From NCBI GenBank assembly GCA_051294905.1, contig CM119382.1:3286001-3350000 (forward strand): a stretch of 64,000 bases of DNA. The letters run 5' to 3'. Both the position numbers and the translations under genes were made by a program. This document shows, one piece after another, positions 1-11,500 of the stretch. Under the pieces are notes generated by a model. The model was not told where the DNA came from, did not search any database, and was given only the letters and a program-made list of their open reading frames with translations. The DNA is from Botryllus schlosseri (taxonomy: Eukaryota). The stretch's first letter is position 1. Each line of letters starts with the position of its first letter.

Positions 1-208
1 CAAAAACTAATGTAGCCAGCATATTAGTTGGATAAATTTCGACAATCTTGGCGGATGTATACATTTTTAATGATGTTTCTTTAAACATTTTTACGATCTC
101 TTTCAAAATGAGCATTCCTGACTGATGAAAGTTCATGGAACCGCAAAGTATTCACGGGCTGAACATATGAAATAAATTTGATCATTCTTGTTTTTGTGTC
201 TGTTTTTG

Positions 209-342
209 TAATCATCATCATTGGTTTATTAGCAATTTTATCAGTTCAATACACCACAAAAATGCGATACAATGAAAAGACAGGAAGATGTCGAAGCGAC
301 AAGGAGTAGTCTATGGAATCTGACACCCACCTTGGCCTAGGC
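209..342 (-). mobile_element. Retroposon (LINE/SINE) 3'-tail fragment; further copies at ~41905-42025 and ~49973-50090 (+)
   Basis: Shared CG.TTCGA.A.CTTCCT.TCTTTTCATT...TTGTGG...TGATAAA core; two copies end in AATAAA, one with an (ATG)n tail. Confidence 0.55.
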
Positions 343-2493
343 GATGTAAAGAGGAGGCATGCACACTGAATGAAAGTAAAGAAGATAGTATAGAAAAAAG
401 AATGCGACAAGAAATAGGGCGGCATGTCATGGGAAGCGAGATCGATAGGTTAGTCGTGGTCCGGTAATCTCCGGTAACGTTTGCTTTGTTTTCGTAACTT
501 TTGCCTGCAACTACCAAGGAAATGTAAAACATCATCAAACTCATACGTAACGAAGGTACTTTCGTTTTACTTGACGGCAAAAGTCCTCTTTAGGATTCTG
601 AAAATATGGTAGAAAACCCGGTATTGGTCCCCATTCCCCCTACCTTCCGTGAATTTGACCGTAATATAATTGCCTTGGAATACAGTCACAACCCTACTGT
701 TTCTACAGCTGAAAACGATACTTCATTTTAATCGCAAAAGTAAATAAAATTAGTACAGGTTGGTGTTAGAGCAGAACACTTAGCCTACTCGGTAGTCTCG
801 ATTATTCGATCAGTACGAAACCACGACATCAACCGACTATTAAGCCACGCCACGAAATACCAACATATCCCAGTAATTGGATGAAAAGAATATGATGACC
901 CGGTTATGATCATTTAACCCCAATGCCAAAACACACAAACGACACCAACCGGAAAAGGGCTGTAGAGATCAATTTCCCACATTATAGTAAACAACTCTAT
1001 GACAACAGGCGTTCAACAACGCATCATGACGACAGAGCCATGGAATGTCACGGCTGAACGCGCCAATTAATCCTCTTAGACACCTCGAAACGTGTTGGGG
1101 ATTATTTCGAACCATATTTAACCGTTTTGTGAATACCAAAAGTCACTCGTCTGGTGATTCAGACGCTATACAGACACTCTCCGTTGTGATTCAGTCCGGC
1201 GCAATCGCAGGGGGAGCGTGGGACAATAACGCACTTAACGGGTGTCAAGTGTGAGCGATTGAGGGGAGAATTTGACATTTGCGACATAAATTACCCGATT
1301 GTGTTCGTTGTTCAAGGCTTGTCATGGGCCCTATTCAATTTCAAAGTATAGAATATATTCCATTTATCTGAGAGCTGGTCGGTGGCGAATTATTTCTATT
1401 ATTCCGAACGAGGAATCAAACTAGGTCTGCTTATGTGACGTGTGTACGTACTCACGTGGTTTCCTTTAGACTACACCCACTCCTGCTTAAACAGCAAACT
1501 TTTTACAATTTGTTTTTTGTAAAGTAGAAGATGGTTTGGGGATAAACTTGCATCCCTTTTGTACGTAGAAATCGTTAAAACAACCGCGTGAAATTGCCAA
1601 GGTTGTAACCAAGTCACAAGTCAATTTGACTATAGTTGTGACTCGCGTCATTTTCAATTCGCCACCGAGTTAAGTCCGACTCCAAGTCAGTGAGCAACGG
1701 GTCGATAGGAGTCATAGTGTTCACTGTTCATTAGGGATTTAAAGTGACGTTCAACTCGATTCTGTGATACTCTCTTAGCCATATCGAACGCCTTGGATTC
1801 AATAATATAGGCCTATACTGATTCTTCTCATTCTAAACCGTTTTTTAAAACAGATTTAAAAAAAGTTTCTGGGCCTATTTTTCAAATGTCGCTCCTAATA
1901 TTCGTAGGGTTGCCCGATTTTGATATTCGGAAAAGACGACACTTTTAACAAATCACAAAACTGATAATATTCGACGAGAAAAAAAGGTAATTCGTTGTGC
2001 CTAGTGTACAATCGCCTGGCTGTCAAAGCTATATAAATGAAGACATTTGAGCGTCATCGGAGGACATTTTCGATTTCCTGAAAATGGAGGCCAAATCCTC
2101 GTACGGTACAAATCGAGTCAATACACAAATAGACTCGAGTCATTTTCCATTTTTAATAAAATGACTCGAGTCAACGAAAAATTGCGACTCATTACAATCC
2201 TGGAAATTGACATTACTGTAACTGGTGAATATATTCAATGATTTTACCTACTTGTATCGTCATTAGTTATTCGGTAAGATACATCTTCTTTCTTCATACT
2301 TGGAAAGAAACCACCTCTGTTTAACTGCTAAAAGTATAGTCTTCTTGTACAACTATACTTTTCCAAACTATACTCAATTGAGCGTACTTTCATACCCTAG
2401 ATTTTCTATATTGAAAAAGCTTTCGCTACTTCTACCCCTAATGAAATAAAAGTTCCCGACGGTAGTTTCACTTCTAATCAAGTATAGCAACGC

Positions 2494-2942
2494 TAGGCTT
2501 ACCATATTTTGGAAATCAAAAAAGAGGACACTTTTTCAGAAATTTGCAACTGGCAAATCCGGAGTCAAATTCTCAAAAACCGGTTAATTTTTCCCACTTC
2601 GTGATCGGTTGACTAAAAAAAAAAGGTCATCACTTCCGCTCAGAGCTCAAAATAACGTTTTTTACTCCACTTTGCCGGGTGGATGACTAAAAAAAAAAAA
2701 AAAAAGGTCATCTTTCCGCTCAGAGCTAAAATCACCGTTTTTCACTCCAAAATACCCGCCGGACCTTCACTTCAGTACTAATATGCGGCATATCACTCGC
2801 AATTTGCTCTAAATCTGCCTAAATTTTCAAAAAAGAGGACAAAATCTCAAAAAAGAGGACAAAAGGGCGTCCTCCGAGGACACTTTCAAAAAAGTCAAAA
2901 AAGAGGACAAATCCTCTTAAAAGAGGACGTATGGTAAGCCTA
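2494..2942. mobile_element. Non-autonomous hAT-type MITE (AAAAGAGGACA-rich family)
   Basis: Perfect 13-bp TIR TAGGCTTACCATA / TATGGTAAGCCTA; perfect 8-bp TSD AGCAACGC (2486-2493, 2943-2950). Confidence 0.9.
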
Positions 2943-4383
2943 AGCAACGCTAACTACTTCGGACCCCGCTGATTTCTGCATACTTTGCTGTACGCAACCT
3001 ACACTGACAACGGATCTGGAAGCTGAACCGTCTGACCCGATCAACACTCCTTCGAAAGAAATGACATTGTATTCAAGGAAATGGCGATAAATAGTAGTTG
3101 GAAAAGTGCAATGAAGTAGTATATGCTAAAATCTTACGACATACCAGTCTGTATCGATAAAATAATCGGAATCATAACGTCTAAAAGAATCATAGATTTT
3201 CAAGGGTGGTCTATGACATGGATGCTTCAGTATGACTTCTATATTAGTTTCATTACCATAGCCCGGTTGCTATAGTTAGAGTTGCAATGACTGGGAAGTA
3301 TTTAAAACTTAACAACAGCAGTCTGCGGACAAACAGAAAACATGAGTTGACATATACATGAAGAGCTTCTTGGAGGTACAGAACTTCAATATACAATTGG
3401 ATAGGATATTCATATTGAAATAAGCCCGAACAATTTCAAAATTCATGTGATACGATTGTTGATATACAATGTACTTACCAAATTTTTACTAGTTGCTGGC
3501 GATTACCCATGAATATATGGGGTTGTTTCAATATGGATATACCATCCAATTACATATACATGAGCATGCGACATACAGCATGCGACCATTGAGCATGAGC
3601 ATGTGTGTTAAAGCTAAGGTTAGGGTGTCATGTGGTCAAAGTATAGTCATCGCTGGTACTTGAGTAAGTAACGTCTTGACATTCTACTCAAGTACACGTA
3701 GAAGCGGCGATTTTCGAGTACGTTAAAAAGTAGGTGTACTAAACAAAAAGTTTTAGCAGAAATAGTCTAAAATCATATCCACCCGAGTAAGTAGCGATAC
3801 GGGTCGGGCTGGGGTTCGGGCATGGATCAATTTTGGGGTTAGTAAGAGTTGGACAAGTATAAGATTTTCAGCTTTTTCCAAATAAGTCTAGAATTAGAAT
3901 TATAGCAACAGGTTTCTTCAAATTATATTAAAATTATAATTACCGATTTCGTAAAAATTTAGAATTCGAATTAAGTTCGGAATTGCAAAGATGGAAACCA
4001 AGAATGTATTTGTTTTCGTATCAAACCAGAGACCGTTCTCATAAGCATGATCATGACAAAAGTCTGTACACCAAGCTCGCCTCGATTTGCACTATACAGA
4101 TCTACTGTACCATTTTAAGAGAAATCGGAAATTATAATTAGAATGAAAATTACAACATAGAAACATTTCACAAATGTGATTAGAATTTGATTACCGGCAT
4201 TTCGCTTTAATTAAGAATTATGTATTTGTCCAAGTTAAGATCGGGGATAGGCTTGGTTTTGGGGTTATAAAGTCACACGCTCAAGTGTCGCATGCTCAAA
4301 TGTCGGACAACGAACAACACACACGCGAAACGGGATGAAACAGAAAATAATCACAATGCATAGAAATCAGCAACGCTTTTGGG

Positions 4384-5507
4384 TCACAACCCGGTGACGG
4401 ATCTCTGCATGTTATGAAATCGCGGACATTGCGGCCGTGGTGAAAATTCGTGAGGGGTGTAAAAATCGTACGAATTGCTTCTGCGTATGCTCCTAGACCG
4501 CGGATGGGGCGCGGGAACGTTGGTCGGGGGCGTAGGGGGCATGTAAGGAGGGTGTCCTAAAGTGTCGTGGCGCGAATTAGCACACCCATCAGATTCCGTG
4601 ATCATTTCGACTTCCAAATCGTTTTCATCTATTTTACAATTGTGACGTATAAATTGACGCTTTACGTCATCGCAACGCGGCTTTCTGCATATAGGCTCTT
4701 CGTAGTGTGAGCTATTTGCGCCTGAAAGCTGTTTACTGGCAGACGAGCAACCGCTGCTGACACTACAATCTGTCACGATAGGGTCATCAGAATCGCTGCT
4801 TAGCGATTTTCTTTTGGGGTTACCCCTATTTGGGGTAAACACAGGCTTGGGTTGGAATCTGGGACGATTCGGGGACTGTTTTGGGGGTGACATTCGGTAA
4901 CTAGCCGACGAAGAAATACGCTGTTTTGGAGCGCTGTCCAGGGATAGTCTGTGAGGGTGGTCGGACCTGATTGTACCAGGACGCGGTGGTTGGCCTGATC
5001 TAGTCGAATCAAAGTTAAGGACATTGTCCATAGATCGTCTTGATAAAGAAGGGTGGCGCTGTAAACCTATGCCTGAATCTCGTTTTGTGTTGAAATTTTC
5101 GTCTAAACTTCTCCGAAAAGAGCGTGAATTTTGCCCCCTGGCCCAACTAGCCCGGGTCGGGTTGTTGTTGATGACGTCGTCAGTGTTGCGAGTAAAACTA
5201 CGTGTGTCACTTTTCGGAGTGCCGGGAAACTCTCCTTGTATGACCCTCCCGAATTGGTCTCTTTGCGGTACTTTGCCTGTCCCGAAATCACCCAACGCCC
5301 TGGCCTGCCCTGGAAAGATTAAGTAATCGTCCGGGTGGTAGTGGTGTTGGAGGTGGTCGTATTTTTCGGTTTCTCTGGTCCTGCTGATTATTACGTTGCT
5401 TCTGGCGTTGTGGTTTGGCGGGGGTAGGAAGACCTCGTCTTCGTGAAGATAATTTCTGTCGACTGGGTAAGGAGGCCGGTTGAGGGGCACGAGGCTGGTG
5501 GTAGGTT
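4384..5507 (-). CDS. ADGRL: Gene 1 terminal exon: long S/R/P-rich cytoplasmic tail ending RSVTGL*
   Basis: Longest ORF in the window (368 aa); tttcag acceptor at 5508-5509; G+AA junction with exon 7837 is in frame; class I PDZ-type C-terminus. Confidence 0.9.
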
Positions 5508-8500
5508 CTGAAACGTGAATAAGAATATTTTAAAATCATCGATTTTTTGCGGTTTTTGAACAAAAAAAATCAGCCAATAAAAGGCTAATATGCGTGAAGA
5601 TAAACTGCAATTTGAACGCAAAAGTGATCAGTAAACGCTTGGGAGTCGGAGAATTTCAACTTTTTGGAACAACCTTTTGCTTACTTGCGGTACTAACTCG
5701 AGAGTTCATGTTTCCAGACTAATTCCACTTCTACTTGAAACGTCTTTAGCCCGCAAGGCTTACTTTTTGCGCTTCGTATTTTTAAAAGTTAAAACCCTTT
5801 TAAGGACAAGTTTCTCAAAGTATTCAGGTTTTGACTTCTTGTACTATGTATTCAATCGATTGTGTGTTTGAAGGGCTAGGCTACCCCTCAAAATAGAATC
5901 TCAGTGATACACCCATACCTTACAAACTAACGACGGAATCTTTTTGAAATTTGGACACAAGGTGCTTTCAAACGTTGTTGAAAATTTGGAGAAAAATGGC
6001 AGACGGTTTTTTTACTTTCGTTGGATTTTATGATTTTTCAAAGTAATTTTATGCTAACTTTTTTCTGGCAGAACTCTTCAGTTAAATTTTGTGTTGGTGC
6101 TCTTTGTAGATTATAAGTACCCCCAAGTTCTGGATGAAAGGCTTTTATTGTCCCAACAAGTGTTATTTTGAGGAAATATATAATTCTTTTTACAAAATTC
6201 CAAAATTGGCAAATTTTTGACTTGGATGAACCTAAAGGAGAGACCCCTTACTTATAAAACATAAACCATTTCATTTGGCGAATAGTCCCAACATACTCCA
6301 ACCTCCAACCTTCACGTTAATTGGACGATTTTTTCTGCCTCTAAAATGATTCATAACTTTCAAGGTACGAAAAAATAGAATTTTGATATTTTAGACCATT
6401 TGTAGTCATTTTGCGTTAGCTGCGGGGATGCGCTTTGCAATTTCGGAAACAGAAACCTCAGATTAACTGCATAAAGTATGCGACACCTAGAGTAAATCTA
6501 AATTTTGAAGCTACTCCCTTGAGGACTTTTCAGGCCGTATATATGTTCTAGTTTAGACACGACTTGGAAGTTGCTATACTTCTACTAAGATATTCATGGA
6601 GACATTTCTACTCCCACTCTGCTAACATACACGCGTCAAGAGAAATTGCAACTTAAACAAAAATCCATCACATGTGAACCTGTTAAATACGAAAATAATC
6701 AGCAACGCAAAAAGGCCATGCACATGATCGCATTTCAGGAGCTATAAACAAACTCAGCGTGGACAGAAAGTGCTTCACCACTCTCAATATCGTGCAGTGT
6801 ATAATCATGAATGCTTCTTAACGCAAACCAACGGGCGTGACATGACTCTTACACGTACAGGAGCTCTTTTTGGAAGTCAAAGTTTCGGAGCGCTGGACAT
6901 TGCGAGACAGCGTGGTTACCGGGCTGCGTTCGTAGTAAACGGCCCGCGTCAGCGTGGACGTGGGGCTGACCTCGTAGTATATGTGGCGAGACATGGTAGA
7001 CGGGGGACTCCATTCGTATCCTTGCAAGAAACCGTGATTTATGTGACTGGCCAAGTTTTGAGCAAACGACACAATTAGACACGATTGAGGGCGTGGGTTT
7101 ACAATCGCAAAACTAACCCAAATTTCAAACCAAACCCAGATATTAGCCCGTACCCATACCACCACCCTAATCTAACTCCTTCCTTTAACCCACATGCTCA
7201 TTGCTCAATTGCAGCATGTCCAAGTGTCGCATGATCTTATCTCGCATGCCCATATGTCGAGACTGGAATTAGAATTATAGCCGCGCATTTATTTCAAATC
7301 TGTTTAGAGTTTGAATTATTGAATTCGCGAAAACGTGGAAATTGAATTAAGTTCATTTCGTATGAAATCAGAATTCAATCTCGTAAGCACGAGAGTGGCA
7401 ATTGTCTGTGCAGCAAACTTGACTCGTTTCGCACTATACAGTTCTTCTCCTGTAGCATTTTCAGGGAAACCAAAAATTATATTAGAATTAGAGCAAAGAA
7501 CCTTTTAATGAATTAGATTCGATTTATTATCTAATTGTACAAGTCTGCTTGACAGCAACCTTCAAGTACTGTACCACCAATCAGTTAATTTTATCAGATA
7601 GCACACCGGGTGTATATTTATCGTCATAGCCTACTGCCTGACACCGGGAAGGTACATAGCTAATCTGGATGTGAGAAACCGGTAATGGCTTTGTATCGCA
7701 CCCTAAACGTGATAACGCCAGACATCAAGCCTGTAGTAATGAAGACAAGTGTATCTGTCATTCAATCATTTCGCCGCTGATGTTAAGGCTATAGTTTCGC
7801 TGCTTAGAAAGAAAAAATCGTGAAGCAGAAGTTTACCTCCGTTGCGTTCTGCATTGGCGAATTCATCGGAATTCCTCGGCGCTACAGTCTCGCTCCACAT
7901 ACGCCGCAGCTGACTTTGCTGAAACATAACATGATATTCTATAGACAACGGTATGTTTGACAACAATTAAACCTTGTTTCAGTCGAATATATGTCCGTAT
8001 AGACAAGCATAGCCATCGCATTACCACGTGAATAGTTTTCAGCAACTTTCTTGTAAGTGTGCGAGCATTTATAATTTTTCTAGTTTGCCAAAAGCCATAA
8101 AAGTTTGGGAGCCATCGGTACAGTGCGAAACGAACCAAGCTCGGTGTAAAGACATTTGCCATTCTCGTGCTGATGAGAATGATACGAAATTGGTATGACA
8201 TGAACTTGATGTCATTCGATTGCGATTTCCAAGTTTTTGCGAATTCAGCAATTCTAATTCTAATCGAATTTATAAAAGTCGAAAAATTTCAACTTTTCCA
8301 ACTTTGCTTTCTCTACGATTCATACCTGAAGCGATGCGTTGGTGGTGATGCCGGATCCGACCGGATATCGTCCCGGAGTGAATTTCTTCGAAAAGGAGGA
8401 GCTGTTGGACAGGTACGAGCCGTGGCCCAGGCTTTCGCAGCACGGCAAACGGCTAAAAAATCGCCGGTATTCCTTGCGGACCTGCGTGGGATGATGGTGG

Positions 8501-11500
8501 ATTTATTGTTTTCTGAAATCTATACAAGCGGTATACAATCTATACAGCGTTACGTCAACCGCGCTTCCTGACTCCTGAATAATGCATAAAGTGAGTATTG
8601 CGGAGACACACGGCCAGCCATAAACCATCAAAATGGGTTCAATCGTGGCCAAACATACCATAGAGCAGGGATACTCAACTGTCTTTGATCAAAGGTTCAT
8701 ATCATGGATGTAATGACTCGAGTCGTGATTTTTCGGTGACTCCACTTGACTATTTAGGAAAATGACTATACTTGAGTCAATTCGTGTATTGACACGACTT
8801 ACACTCGAATCATTGCGCATGACCCGACCAGGTCATGTGACTCGAATCTCGGACACCCGACACAGGCACAAGGTTGTGAGTCCCAACTACCAAGTCCATC
8901 TTGTTGTTTTAGATTCACCGCGAGTCAAGTCGAGTCATTTTCAATTCATCCCCGAGTCATGACCGAGTTCAAGTCGAGGTTCTAAGGGTTGAATCCGAGT
9001 CATAGTGTTGGGACTCGAGTGCGAGTCCAAGTCATTGTGTTCACAATTCAGTTTTTAGAGTTCAATTCATGTTCAACCCACTGTTTTAGAACTCTGCTTG
9101 GGTCATATCGAATGCCTCGCATTCCGAATATACTAATGATCCTCATTCTTAGCAGTTTCTGGTCATAATATTCGTGAGCGAGTACTGATGGGCTATAGAC
9201 GAAAACCCAATAATGTGGAGCTTTATACTCTTCTTCGAAGTTACAATGAAATGCCTGTCTCGGGCATCCGAGTCCGGATCTGTGTACAATTCGAGTCAAT
9301 ACACGAATTTTCAGTATTACATGAGGATGGGAAATGTCTGTTCATGAGCTTGCCGCCCTTTCTCTCCAATTAGACTCATCAGACAACTTGAATTTTCAAG
9401 TCATGTCGAGTCACCCACAAATTGCGACTCGAGTCGGATTCAAGTCGAGTCACTACGGCCCTGGGTATGGCTTGTTCGATGCGCCTACCTTTCTCGGCAA
9501 GATGCAGTGAAAAATGTAGATGAACATCCCTTGGAACGCATTGAAGATGCAGAAGAGATACGCCAGGATGGCTGTGTTTTCGTTGATCCACACGATGCCG
9601 ATCCCCCACGTAATGCCCAGCAGGAAAAGCAATACCGATGCCCCGCGTACGGACGCTCTGCAAGTCGAGATGGTCGGTAACAAACTACATCAAAAAATCA
9701 CGAAGCACTCGAGTAGATTTTGCTTGCTTTAACAGCTTACAAATCGTTTTGTGTGTTTGTAATTCATCTTCTACGTTAAGATATTTTCAGGCAAAACTAT
9801 GGGCCCTCCTTTAGTATGCGTCCCATAACAAACTAATGTTCCCCATTAAACCAATAAATGTTTCCCACGAAAGCCACACCCAAATATATAAACGTCAAAA
9901 TCTGTAGTGTTTCGGGCTGGGGGTTTGAGATATTATGGTTGTGGTGACTGATATTAGGATTGGGGGATGACGGATGAGGGAGGGACGATAGGGTTAGATT
10001 TGGGTTTATGGATATTATCCCTCGCTCCTAACCCTCATTTCGCCAACCCAAACGCCATCCCGCAACCCTAGGGTTACCATATTTTGAGATCCGAAAAAAA
10101 GACACTTTATACAAGTTACAAAGCACATAAAAACGGATTTTGACAGAAAATATTTTCGGGTTGGCTAGAAAAAAGGTCATTTTTCCTATGTTGACCTTTT
10201 TTTAGTAAACCTTGCTCTCACTGCCGTCAAAACCAATATTTCGCGTCATTTATTCCGTATTTTAGATGTTCGTGTACCATAGCCTGCCCCTAGAAACTAT
10301 AAATGAGGATATTTGGGTTTCCTCTGAGGACATTTTCGATTTCTTGCAAAATGAGGACAAATCCTGCTAAAGGAGGAAGTATAATAACCCTACGGAATAT
10401 CCGTCATCACCACAATCCTAGTATTAGTCATTTGGCATCGTTTGCATGTAAATTGATTACAACAATTCGCAAAGTACTCTACCTCGTAAAACACACGCAT
10501 TCACTCACTTGACTGAATTGATTTTACTGACATCAGCAAAAGCGAGGGAGTGGACGTACATCTTGTAAACGGCTATCGACAGAAAAGCCAAGTTTGCGAG
10601 GATGATGGCTAGCACGGGACCCACGAAGCTCCAGATGAATCCGGTATCTATCCGGAGCCAGCATGCGTCTTCGGTGCCGTATCCGGTGGGCTCCGAGGCC
10701 ACTGATATCCCGACGACCAGGGCTGGTATACCTGCGATATTGGATTGATGTCATCAGTATATGGATTGGAAGAGAGTGACAATTTACTGCGTTTAAACAA
10801 CCTTTAGCCGAGTAGCAATGCCGACTACGTGATTACCTCTATCTAATAATAGTATATAAGAGCTAGGTTCATACCCAACACCACTTACCATATCCGCACA
10901 GATAATACCACTTCCATCTCGACTCGGCCTCAAACACTTCCACCAGCATCACGTACAGCATGAAGCCTTCCACCGCCATCCACAGAAACGCGGCCAGAAA
11001 GAAGTAATGCAAAACCCCGGCTATCACGGAACACGCCAGTTCGTTTTGTGTCTGTCCGATGCCGAACAAAAACAAGGTCTCGGCGACCAGCAGACAGACG
11101 CACAGGTGCTTGTGGACTGAGGTGCGGTCGCTGTGGAGGTTTCTGGAAACGGGGATGCGTGTTTACGTTGTTTAGTTGCAAACATGGGCGTGGGAATTTC
11201 TGTATTCTAGCTGCACAAGTTTATACTGTACCATGTACGCTTGGGCTGTTCAAGGTTTTACTGGCTACATCATAAAATTTTTGGCTTGCCTAAAAAAAAC
11301 TCTTCATACCAATTTTTTCGCTCAACTCCAACTTATATGATGAAAACGTTGTGGATTTATTTAATAAAAATAAATATAAAATATTATCAAATTTTACTGG
11401 CTCCTCCATAAAATTGTTAAGGTTTTCTGAAAAAACGATGCACAACGAATTCGGCTCAATTCCAACCAGTAGAAGCGAAGTTATTGGAGTACTAAATTTG

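Noticed and set aside
5288-5563. Alternative frame for the terminal exon (91 aa)
   Set aside because: Needs a phase-2 entry that the upstream exons do not provide; the 368-aa frame fits phase 1 and ends in a PDZ-type motif.
9900-10070. TAGGGTT/AACCCTA-rich tracts (also ~3615, 3810-3840, 7120-7180)
   Set aside because: Irregular and embedded in dispersed repeats; not tandem telomeric arrays.
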